Source of the DNA: a virus
Taxonomy: Duplodnaviria; Heunggongvirae; Uroviricota; Caudoviricetes
Length of the DNA stretch: 64,000 bases
Direction: 5' to 3' (one strand)
IMG/VR virus record: IMGVR_UViG_3300021440_000001
Shown here: in pieces, positions 9,159 to 16,726 of the stretch
Layout of the letters: each line of letters begins with the position of its first letter
Numbering within the stretch: the stretch's first letter is position 1
Made by a program: the position numbers and the translations under genes
Notes under the pieces: model-generated
Databases searched by the model: none
Told to the model about the DNA's origin: nothing
Seen by the model: the letters and a program-made list of their open reading frames with translations, nothing else

Positions 9159-9174
9159 AAACCCCTTTCGGGGT
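9159..9174 (-). terminator. terminator-like hairpin AACCCCTTTCGGGGTT
   Basis: GAAA-loop hairpin followed by TTTCAAAAAAG on the minus strand. Confidence 0.4.
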
Positions 9175-9180
9175 TGTGGT

Positions 9181-9471
9181 TTATGCGTAGTACTTGCCGA
9201 CGATCACGGATTCTGCGTAAGCATCCACAAACTTGACAACCACGCTAGAAAAATAAGAATACGATGCGTACCCGTGCCAGCCTTTCAGATCGCCGGCTTC
9301 GTCTTGAACTCGCATGAATTCTGCGAGGTCATATACGCTTTCACGATAGCGGAAAAATACGGCGCTGTTCAGTTCTTCAGGACTGTAGTGGTCGAATTCT
9401 GCACGCTCACGCTTTGTAAGGTCGAATCCGTTAACAGTAAATCGCGGGACATTGTTCGTGACAATTTTCAT
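9181..9471 (-). CDS. hypothetical early protein (96 aa; ORF-track start 9585 lies upstream of the promoter)
   Basis: ATG at 9471 after conserved leader; promoter 9511-9539. Confidence 0.5.
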   Translation of the reverse strand: MKIVTNNVPRFTVNGFDLTKRERAEFDHYSPEELNSAVFFRYRESVYDLAEFMRVQDEAGDLKGWHGYASYSYFSSVVVKFVDAYAESVIVGKYYA

Positions 9472-9510
9472 AACTGGCTTTCGTTTGCGTTTCAGGTTTT
9501 GATGCTTCGC

Positions 9511-9539
9511 ATTGTGCAGGGGCTTTTTGATCTTGTCAA
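9511..9539 (-). promoter_or_regulatory. sigma70-like promoter TTGACA-N17-CACAAT
   Basis: minus strand. Confidence 0.55.
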
Positions 9540-9638
9540 GCCCCTGCTGTTTGCATGGTTGTTCGTGGTCAAACGCGATGAACATTACTTGACATGCGCG
9601 TTTGATTTATAGTTGTAACAATTCGATTTTCTGTTGAC

Positions 9639-9668
9639 TTCCTGCGGCGCAGGGGTCAGAATACGCTC
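9639..9668 (+). promoter_or_regulatory. plus-strand sigma70-like promoter TTGACT-N17-CAGAAT pointing into the iteron array
   Basis: divergent from the cassette promoters. Confidence 0.4.
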
Positions 9669-9753
9669 ATTCTGAAATCGACCGAAGGGCATGCCACGCC
9701 CGAAACATTTATATGCAGAAAATGAAAGTCAGCAAACACTAACGTAAGAGGAA

Positions 9754-9892
9754 GCTTATATACTGAAACGCCTATATTCTAAGTAGCTTATATAAGTGTT
9801 CGCTTATATATTGAATGGCTTATATAAGCCGCCGCTTATATAAGAATCCGCTTATATAAGCCAGCGGTTATATTCGCCAGGGCTTATATACG
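9754..9892. repeat. array of 9 copies of the 10-bp palindrome (G)CTTATATAAG with exact 16-bp periodicity
   Basis: copies start at 9754, 9770 (degenerate), 9786, 9802, 9818, 9834, 9850, 9866, 9882. Confidence 0.85.
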
Positions 9893-9900
9893 AGGTGCTG

Positions 9901-9956
9901 CCCTGGGGAGGGAGGGAGGTTCCATTAATAGGGAAAACTGCATTTTTATTTTCCCC
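9901..9956. repeat. G-tract CCCTGGGGAGGGAGGGAGG followed by hairpin GGGAAAACTGCATTTTTATTTTCCCC
   Basis: four G-runs; the motif GAAAACTGCATTTTTA also occurs at 5490 and 5705. Confidence 0.5.
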
Positions 9957-10226
9957 AGAAAACTTCGGCCAGAATTTCAAACGGTAGCCGAGACTGAATC
10001 ACTGTAGAATTCCACTTCAGAGTGAGGCCCGCCTGTGCGCGGGCTTATTGTATTTGCGAGTTTGTTTAAGAACAGCCAATGTTCTTGCGCGCCTGAAAGT
10101 TTCATGGCAACTTCCGCGCTATATAGGAGAAGTTGCCTCAAATTTTTCCTCGGCTGTGGCTTTCTGAGTAGTTCTGCGCAACAGTATGAAGCCAAGTCGC
10201 CATGCAACTCGGCCGTGCCTCAATCG

Positions 10227-10697
10227 TCAGACAACAGCACGAAACTCTGTGTCAGAGTAGCTTACGCTCTTCAGGAACTTACCTTTCGGAGCGTCTGGCT
10301 GATCGCACGAACTCTTCAGAACCATCGTCGGAAACTGACCTTCCGTGTATGTTTCGGTAACGCCGCGTAGCCAGTGGAACGCACGAGTATTTTCGAGGTC
10401 TTCCGGGCTCTTGATGAAGCGAGTCATAACGCCGTCAACGACATCCTTCATATCGTTGTCGCCATCGATGCCCATTAAGTGTTGTGCGCCCATGGCGAAC
10501 ACCTGAATATCACACAATGCGTCTCGCGTCTTAATCTTGCTCTTTTCTTCAAGAGCTTCCAAAAGTTCGTTGTACTCGTCCAAGATGTTCTTGCACTGAG
10601 ACTTCAGTCGATCCCAGTCAACAGCGTCGTAGTTTCCACGACTATTGCCGAACGCTGTGTTCATGGCGGAGACAGACTGGAAGGAGGTATTTGACAT
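10227..10697 (-). CDS. hypothetical early protein (156 aa; start MSNTSFQ with AAAGGA SD)
   Basis: first ATG of the track ORF (10748) lacks an SD; the second has one. Confidence 0.55.
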   Translation of the reverse strand: MSNTSFQSVSAMNTAFGNSRGNYDAVDWDRLKSQCKNILDEYNELLEALEEKSKIKTRDALCDIQVFAMGAQHLMGIDGDNDMKDVVDGVMTRFIKSPEDLENTRAFHWLRGVTETYTEGQFPTMVLKSSCDQPDAPKGKFLKSVSYSDTEFRAVV

Positions 10698-10949
10698 TAG
10701 TGTCCTTTCGTTTTTACAGTTGGGGTAAATCATACCCAGTTTACCCAAGGTTTAAGTATACCTAACTAAGAGTCGCAGGAGGACATGTAGCGGAGATGCC
10801 ACAAATCCGGGATCGACCTTGGAAATCCTCGAAGTGTTTCCAAAAAGTCTGAAGTGTAGGCAAAATGCTGCTAGTTATCACATAACTTAGGAGTTTGTTC
10901 GTAAAACACCCATAGCTCTCCTAATGTTAGAGCAGCTTTGGAACCTCAA

Positions 10950-11102
10950 TTAGAGTTCATTGCCGGCCATGTACATACCAAGTTCGTCGGCACTATCTGC
11001 GCCGTCAATAGGCAGAGTCAACATCCAACCTGTGAAGAACTTCGCATTGAACACCTCCTCTACCAAATCCGGCGCTCCATTAACAATGCGTTGCAAATCC
11101 AT
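10950..11102 (-). CDS. hypothetical small protein (about 50 aa)
   Basis: minus-strand ATG with GAAAGGAAT SD; preferred over overlapping plus ORF 10938..11264. Confidence 0.35.
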   Translation of the reverse strand: MDLQRIVNGAPDLVEEVFNAKFFTGWMLTLPIDGADSADELGMYMAGNEL

Positions 11103-11260
11103 GAGATTCCTTTCAAATGTTTGACCACTACTGTCTTCATGCCAGCAATGGTTGCTTTACCGATCAATGTTGTCTTGATAACAGATTGTGCTTCACTTTG
11201 GCATCTTCGTCAAGAGATTTTTGACACCAATGTAGGTGTGCCTAAAAAGCAACACAACTA

Positions 11261-11289
11261 TTGACAAAGTTCTCGGACTGTGCTATATA
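11261..11289 (+). promoter_or_regulatory. sigma70-like promoter TTGACA-N17-TATATA firing into the (TA)n tract
   Basis: consensus -35 and near-consensus -10. Confidence 0.5.
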
Positions 11290-11330
11290 TATATATATAT
11301 TATATATTATATATATTATATATCTTGCCT
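11281..11330. repeat. (TA)n / TATATAT low-complexity tract (about 50 bp)
   Basis: direct inspection. Confidence 0.9.
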
Positions 11331-11661
11331 AAGTATTGTCTAAGTAGCTAAAGCTATTCGTCTACTACGTAGACTCATGCTTTAGCTCATGGCCGTACCG
11401 GCGAGCGAGTGGCGGACAAGCCGCACGCCGGAAACCTCAGTCGTTGGCGCCTAGGGCGCTGGTTAGTGCGAATACTGGAACAACGCTTTGGGCTGCTTGC
11501 ACCGTCGGTGCCAACAACCCTAGAACGCTCTAAAAGAGCCATAGAGCGCTTTAAACAGCCCAAGCTATGCCATGGTAGCCATGTGGTACCAACCAGGGCT
11601 TGTAGCCCGTTTAAACGGCTCTGAATACTGCCGTTCTTGTGCAAATGGGCGCCCTAGGCGC

Positions 11662-11690
11662 TTGACAGCCCGGCGTGAGTGCGGTAGACT
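11662..11690 (+). promoter_or_regulatory. sigma70-like promoter TTGACA-N17-TAGACT for the ligase operon, abutted by a GGCGCC-CTA-GGCGC palindrome
   Basis: consensus -35; RBS AGAGGAGAAAG and the ligase ATG follow. Confidence 0.6.
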
Positions 11691-11722
11691 CTCAGTCTTA
11701 GCAACTAAGAGGAGAAAGATAC

Positions 11723-12703
11723 ATGACAGCTTCCCAGCTCAAGCCTGAAATACGCCCCCAGCTAGCCTGTGACTTTGAACAGGACAAGCTCAAGTTTCCC
11801 GTAATCGTGTCCCCGAAGATCGACGGTGTACGTGGCATCAATCTTGACGGGAACTTGACTGGACGCTCTCTGAAGGCTTTCAAAAATGGCTTCGTGACGC
11901 GCCGATTTTCAGGTCCGCAATTCATGGGCTTTGATGGAGAACTGGCGCTTGGTAACTGGACATCTGCGACCCTATGCAGCGACACAACGGGCTTCGTGAC
12001 TCGCAAGTCTCCAAAGCCCGGCAAACCGACGGAAAGCGAAGAGCTTGTCTGGTATATCTTCGACTACTTGGCCGACGAGGTGATTGGCCTGCCATATGCC
12101 GAACGCATTGCAGCGGCGCAGGCCAAGGTAGGGCAAATGCAAGAGTTCCCAGCCAGCATCTCGGTTGTACCATACAAACTGGCACACTCCACTGAGGAGC
12201 TTCTTGCTTTTGAGCAATTGTGCCTGGACGACGGCTTTGAGGGCGTAATCATCCGCGACCCCAATGGCAAGCACAAATCCGGGCGTGCCACTGTGAAGGG
12301 CGGGAGCTACCTGCGAATCAAGCGGTTCATCGACTTTGAGTTCACTATCGACGGTTTTGATGAGGCTCAGGAGAATTTAAACGAGGCGAAGGTTAATGAG
12401 CTTGGATACACCGAGCGCAGCAGCCACAAAGAAAACAAAATTGGCAAGGGTATGGTGGGCTGCATTCACGGCACGCTACTCGAAGATGTAGTGTTCGAGG
12501 GCAAAGTTCTCAACGGCATGGGGAAAGGCACACCTGTTGACGTATCTCCAGGGGCTTTGACACATGGCGAGCGCATTGCAATTTTTAACGACCCGACAGG
12601 ATTTATCGGCGCAATCGGGAAGGGAAAGATGTTCCCGAAGGGCCATAAAGACAAGCCAAGGTTCCCGCAATTCCAAACTGTTCGGGCCAAGGAGGATATG
12701 TGA
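11723..12703 (+). CDS. ATP-dependent DNA ligase (T7 gp1.3-like)
   Basis: adenylation motif KIDGVRG (KxDG), ...GFEGVIIRD..., size 326 aa. Confidence 0.85.
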   Translation: MTASQLKPEIRPQLACDFEQDKLKFPVIVSPKIDGVRGINLDGNLTGRSLKAFKNGFVTRRFSGPQFMGFDGELALGNWTSATLCSDTTGFVTRKSPKPGKPTESEELVWYIFDYLADEVIGLPYAERIAAAQAKVGQMQEFPASISVVPYKLAHSTEELLAFEQLCLDDGFEGVIIRDPNGKHKSGRATVKGGSYLRIKRFIDFEFTIDGFDEAQENLNEAKVNELGYTERSSHKENKIGKGMVGCIHGTLLEDVVFEGKVLNGMGKGTPVDVSPGALTHGERIAIFNDPTGFIGAIGKGKMFPKGHKDKPRFPQFQTVRAKEDM

Positions 12704-13293
12704 TTACAGTGATTGTAGATGACTTTACCCGAGACGGTTTGTGGGTGAAGCAGATGTGGACAGAAGGAGAGAAGCACCTTACTCGGGCATATCTTCGTTG
12801 GAGGGCGATGAACAACCGCTGCAAACCTGGCGGGTGTACGCAGCGCAGGTCGGTAACATATATTGGTTGCTACATGTCTCCAGAATTTCAAGACTTTCAA
12901 CTATTTACGGGGTGGTGTCAGCGCCAACCCGGCTACGATAAGGTGGGGTGGCAACTCGACAAGGATATTCTTATAAAAGGGAACAAGTGCTACAGTCCTG
13001 ATACGTGCGTGTTTGTCCCGCGCGAATTGAATGCGCTGACACTGAAGCACGACAAACTGAGGGGTGAGCTTCCGATAGGAGTCAGCCGTAAAGGGTTGAA
13101 ATTTCAGGCGCAGTGCAATGTGGAGGGTAGGCGAAAGTGCATCGGGATATTCAACACAGCGGCAGCGGCATTTCTTGCGTACAAGAGCCTCAAAGAGGCT
13201 ACAGTACGGTGTATGGCAGAGAAATACAAGAGCGAGATTGACCCGAGGGCCTACGAGGCGTTGATGAGCTTTACAGTGGGCCTTGACGACTAG
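12700..13293 (+). CDS. HNH-AP2 homing endonuclease, family A, copy 2
   Basis: paralog of 3747..4331 (CKPGG...YIGCY..FQDF..W, AP2 tail); start overlaps ligase stop (ATGTGA). Confidence 0.8.
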   Translation: MITVIVDDFTRDGLWVKQMWTEGEKHLTRAYLRWRAMNNRCKPGGCTQRRSVTYIGCYMSPEFQDFQLFTGWCQRQPGYDKVGWQLDKDILIKGNKCYSPDTCVFVPRELNALTLKHDKLRGELPIGVSRKGLKFQAQCNVEGRRKCIGIFNTAAAAFLAYKSLKEATVRCMAEKYKSEIDPRAYEALMSFTVGLDD

Positions 13294-13384
13294 CCGACCT
13301 TCCTCTGCATCCGTGCTGAAGAGGATATGTCCGAGTAAATCTGTCAACTACATACCTCGACAGAGGTTGCTCACCACTAACAAC

Positions 13385-13412
13385 TGGGGCCGAAAGGCCC
13401 CATTTTCATTTG
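13385..13412 (+). terminator. terminator hairpin GGGGCCGAAAGGCCCC + ATTTTCATTT
   Basis: GAAA-loop perfect stem plus T-rich tract. Confidence 0.55.
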
Positions 13413-13420
13413 GAGGTTTC

Positions 13421-13660
13421 GTGAACACTGAAGAACTTAAGCGGCCTGTTGTAAAGGCTCCAGAAATGATGGACATCATCGACTACCCGCCACCGATAGG
13501 AAACAACTTGCTCGCCATCAGCATCGGTGGTAAACTTTGCGAAGTTACATGGAAGCGCGGAGACGAAAAGCACTTTGTCTCTTGGATGCCGTACCCTAGA
13601 ATTCCAGCCAAGTCGAAGCAAAGGATGCATGACCTGTACTTCAATGGCTGGCGAACGTGA
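13421..13660 (+). CDS. hypothetical protein (80 aa, GTG start with GGAGG RBS)
   Basis: in frame with track ORF 13283..13660, but a better RBS at the GTG. Confidence 0.35.
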   Translation: MNTEELKRPVVKAPEMMDIIDYPPPIGNNLLAISIGGKLCEVTWKRGDEKHFVSWMPYPRIPAKSKQRMHDLYFNGWRT

Positions 13661-13667
13661 AGAAAGT

Positions 13668-14180
13668 ATGAAAAATGCGCGCAGTTATCGTTACAGTTCT
13701 CGCAGCGGTAGTAAGTTTCGCCGCTATTGTCGCAGGGCTTTCGCATTGTCAGTGAAGTCTGTTATAGTGGCAGCATGCGTGCTCTACATGCCGACGTTTG
13801 CAGAGGCAATTCCAGAGCGCCACGAGAAGTGTCTGGCGTCTGCTGTTTACTATGAGGCCCGTGGAGAGCCCCTCGGGGCTCAGCGTGCAGTCATTGACGT
13901 GATCGTCAATAGAGCCGTAGAATCTGGGCAGACTTACTGTCAGGTTGTGGCGGAGAAGCACCAGTTCTCGTGGTACAGGCGCAACGGCATAAAAAAGTTT
14001 GACTCTGCGCAGAAAAAGCTGCTACACTCTGCACTGTCTCACAGGCTGGTTCTCAAGTACAAGAACTTCAAGTTCTTCTACAGTGGTAGGAAGCCTTACT
14101 GGGCAGTTAACATGGCTTGCAAGCCAATAGGGAAACTGACGTTCTGTAAGGAACGAGATTACCGTTATAAAGGCGGTTGA
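13668..14180 (+). CDS. SleB-like cell-wall hydrolase (Hydrolase_2 family) with N-terminal signal-anchor
   Basis: motif CLASAVYYEARGEPLGAQRAVIDVIVNR; TM segment VIVAACVLYMPTF. Confidence 0.6.
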   Translation: MKNARSYRYSSRSGSKFRRYCRRAFALSVKSVIVAACVLYMPTFAEAIPERHEKCLASAVYYEARGEPLGAQRAVIDVIVNRAVESGQTYCQVVAEKHQFSWYRRNGIKKFDSAQKKLLHSALSHRLVLKYKNFKFFYSGRKPYWAVNMACKPIGKLTFCKERDYRYKGG

Positions 14181-14199
14181 CTTTACAAGGAGAATTTTA

Positions 14200-14862
14200 A
14201 TGCTGAATGCAAAACTAATCGCTGTCACTGCACCCGTCGTTACAGGTATTCATGATGCTTCTGAACTAATTTCATACTGTGCTCGGGTGAGTAATCCAAG
14301 CAACCAGTTCAATATGGACACTGCGAAAAAGCTTGTTGCATATCTTAAGAAGCACAAGCACTGGTCTCCATTTGAAATGGCAAATGCTGTCGTCGAAGTT
14401 GAAGCCCCGCGTGACATTGCACGACAACTTTTACGCCACCGGAGCTTCTCTTTTCAGGAGTTTAGCCAACGATATGCTGATGTGCGTGACCTTGAGGCGA
14501 CTTTCTGCCTACGAGAGCTTCGTCTTCAAGACGTAAAGAACCGCCAAAACAGTCTTGAAACTTTTGGAGAAGACGCTCACGGACTGAAAAGTGAGTGGGA
14601 ACGACGACAACGCGAACTCCTGGCTGCCGTAAAAACTCATTATGAGTGGGCTATAAACAACGGGCTAGCCAAAGAAGTCGCGCGCGTAATTCTGCCAGAA
14701 GGTCTTACGATGAGTAGGCTGTACGTGAATGGCACTATCCGGTCATGGATGCATTACCTAGAAGTACGCACAGAAGACGGCGTTACGCAGAAGGAACACG
14801 TCGAACTTGCAAAACTTATCGCATCACAAATTGGTGCAGCATTTGAGGTGGTGAGTTGCTAA
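14200..14862 (+). CDS. thyX: flavin-dependent thymidylate synthase ThyX
   Basis: ThyX motif RHRSFSFQEFSQRY (RHRxxxxxS), ...R...YLE; 220 aa. Confidence 0.85.
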   Translation: MLNAKLIAVTAPVVTGIHDASELISYCARVSNPSNQFNMDTAKKLVAYLKKHKHWSPFEMANAVVEVEAPRDIARQLLRHRSFSFQEFSQRYADVRDLEATFCLRELRLQDVKNRQNSLETFGEDAHGLKSEWERRQRELLAAVKTHYEWAINNGLAKEVARVILPEGLTMSRLYVNGTIRSWMHYLEVRTEDGVTQKEHVELAKLIASQIGAAFEVVSC

Positions 14863-15052
14863 GACTTATTGGCGTTTTCGTAATAACTTGGCTTCTCTCG
14901 TTTCTGTGCTACACTGCGTTGCGTAGTTCAACTTTCAAACAGAAGCTGAGCTTTGCAAAATGGGCGCTAGTCGCCCTTCTCACCGCATCTGTGGCAACCG
15001 CTGCACTGGCAGCGATTGTCATTTGTTTCTAACCAGTACAAGGAGAAAGTCA

Positions 15053-15850
15053 ATGAAGAAGTTTTTCGCTGCTACCGCAATCGCTGCCTTGGCAATCATG
15101 TCCGCTGGATGCACTCGAATCGAAACCGGCGAAGTCGGTGTGCGTATTGGCTATGACAAGCAAATCAAGCAGGGCGAGCTACTGCCAGGCAGCTTCAACC
15201 AAACCTTGGTGGGATCGATCATCACGTTCCCAATCAAGGACGTGTCGGCTGTCATCGAGAACATGACCCCGATTGCAAAAGACAACAGCACGATGAAGGA
15301 CTTTGACCTGTCTGTCATCTACAGCATCAATCAAAGTCAGGTCGCGGAACTGTACAGCTCGAAGAGCCGTAGCTTTCACGCTGAAGCGAACGGCGACATC
15401 TACTTGATGTACAATTACGTCACCCAGACGGCCCGAAACGCCGCGTACAAGTCTGCGCGAGAGTACGAGGCCCTGACGATGAACGACAATCGCGAGGCGA
15501 TGGAGACGCAAATCAAGGCGATCATCAACGCAACGCTGCAAGCCGAAGGTCTTGGCAACTCGATCACGATTTCTCGTGTTCAAATCCGTGGCGTTGTCCC
15601 GGCAGATTCCATCGTTGCAAGCGCAAACGAGCTTGTGCGCGCCAAGAACGGCCTGCTGCAAAAGGAAGTCGAAGTTCGCACGGCAGAGGCCGAGAGCCGG
15701 CGAATCGCTGCCCTGAATGCCAATACTGGCGCGATCCAATACATGCAGGCAGCGGCACAGATGAAGATTGCGGAAGGTATCGCTGCTGGCAAGGTCCAAG
15801 CAATCGTTGTGCCCTACGACTTCCGAGGTATTGTTGACACCCGTAAATGA
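15053..15850 (+). CDS. lipoprotein, possible SPFH/band-7-like domain
   Basis: lipobox LAIMSAG|C after AAGGAGAAAG RBS; the SPFH resemblance is weak. Confidence 0.5.
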   Translation: MKKFFAATAIAALAIMSAGCTRIETGEVGVRIGYDKQIKQGELLPGSFNQTLVGSIITFPIKDVSAVIENMTPIAKDNSTMKDFDLSVIYSINQSQVAELYSSKSRSFHAEANGDIYLMYNYVTQTARNAAYKSAREYEALTMNDNREAMETQIKAIINATLQAEGLGNSITISRVQIRGVVPADSIVASANELVRAKNGLLQKEVEVRTAEAESRRIAALNANTGAIQYMQAAAQMKIAEGIAAGKVQAIVVPYDFRGIVDTRK

Positions 15851-16398
15851 TTGAGATAGACTACGAAAAAGCTAGTGGGAAATTTTACTACGACGAGACG
15901 AGTACCTCTTGCCTTCGCCATATGACAGGCCAACCGGCTGGTTATCTGTGTAAGACAAGTGGGTACTATAAAGTCACTATTGCAGGCCAAGACGTTATGG
16001 CTCATAGGGTTGTCTTCTGCCTTAATAATAGAGGCATACCAAACAACTTAACTGTAGATCATATAAATGGCGTTAAAAGTGACAACAAAATAGAAAATTT
16101 GCGTTGCGTCCCTCAAGTAGTAAATACTCACAATACGGGTGTAAGATGTGATAACACATCCGGAGTAAAAGGCGTCCACAATAAAGTCAGGGAAATCCCA
16201 AGCGGAAAGACATTCAGCTATTGGGTAGCGACGTGGATGGAAGGCGGAAAGGTCAAAGAGAAGGCGTTTTCTATGCTAAGACACGGAGATAGTGCTTTTG
16301 ATCTTACCGTTAAGTTCAGACTCGCCAAGCTAGATGCCTTAAACTCGACTGGTGCTGAATACACTGCAAGACACAAGGGCATCATCAACACCAAGTAA
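15847..16398 (+). CDS. HNH-AP2 homing endonuclease, family B, copy 1
   Basis: FYYDETS.SCLRH..., VDHINGVKSDN (HNH), AP2-like C-terminus; paralogs at 39946, 40839, 42518. Confidence 0.75.
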   Translation: MIEIDYEKASGKFYYDETSTSCLRHMTGQPAGYLCKTSGYYKVTIAGQDVMAHRVVFCLNNRGIPNNLTVDHINGVKSDNKIENLRCVPQVVNTHNTGVRCDNTSGVKGVHNKVREIPSGKTFSYWVATWMEGGKVKEKAFSMLRHGDSAFDLTVKFRLAKLDALNSTGAEYTARHKGIINTK

Positions 16399-16401
16399 AT
16401 C

Positions 16402-16445
16402 TTGACAACTTGCCGAAGCCGCATACAATAGCGGCTTCGGCTCAG
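16402..16445 (+). promoter_or_regulatory. sigma70 promoter TTGACA-N16-TACAAT overlapped by hairpin GCCGAAGCCGC...GCGGCTTCGGC
   Basis: near-consensus elements upstream of the primase-helicase operon. Confidence 0.6.
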
Positions 16446-16470
16446 AAACAACCAGAAAGGAACTTACAAG

Positions 16471-16722
16471 ATGGCGATGTCCCTCAACAAACTGATTTCC
16501 AGTGTCCAATCTCGAATTGCGCAGCGTGCAAACTCCATCTCTGTACGTGAGCAAGACTACCTACTGTTCAAGTTTCTTAGCCAGTACCAAGTGACCAAAG
16601 CAATTCGTGAAGAATTGAAGGTGATGGGCAAAGATCAAAAACTGGACAAGGACGTTCTGCGGGAGCTTTGCTGGACTCGCCAGCGACGCCTCGCTACGAA
16701 GCGTTTGATTTCACTGGCGTGA
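16471..16722 (+). CDS. hypothetical protein (83 aa)
   Basis: ORF with AAAGGAAC RBS. Confidence 0.5.
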   Translation: MAMSLNKLISSVQSRIAQRANSISVREQDYLLFKFLSQYQVTKAIREELKVMGKDQKLDKDVLRELCWTRQRRLATKRLISLA

Positions 16723-16726
16723 CCTG

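Noticed and set aside
9754-9892. Periodic repeat array considered as a CRISPR array
   Set aside because: The period is 16 bp and the unit is a 10-bp palindrome with only 6-bp variable gaps. There are no spacers of CRISPR length and no cas genes.
10938-11264. 108-aa plus-strand ORF
   Set aside because: It has no RBS and its reading frame is overlapped by a better minus-strand small gene (10950-11102) with an SD. The region also contains a plus-strand promoter near its 3' end.
14960-15052. 5' extension of the lipoprotein ORF, and a hydrophobic TTG-initiated peptide in another frame (about 14916-15031)
   Set aside because: The extension has no RBS. The hydrophobic peptide lacks an ATG start and SD. 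It was kept only as a note.
15179-15799. 206-aa minus-strand ORF (and 15564-15803, 15580-15792)
   Set aside because: Antisense to the well-supported lipoprotein gene 15053-15850.
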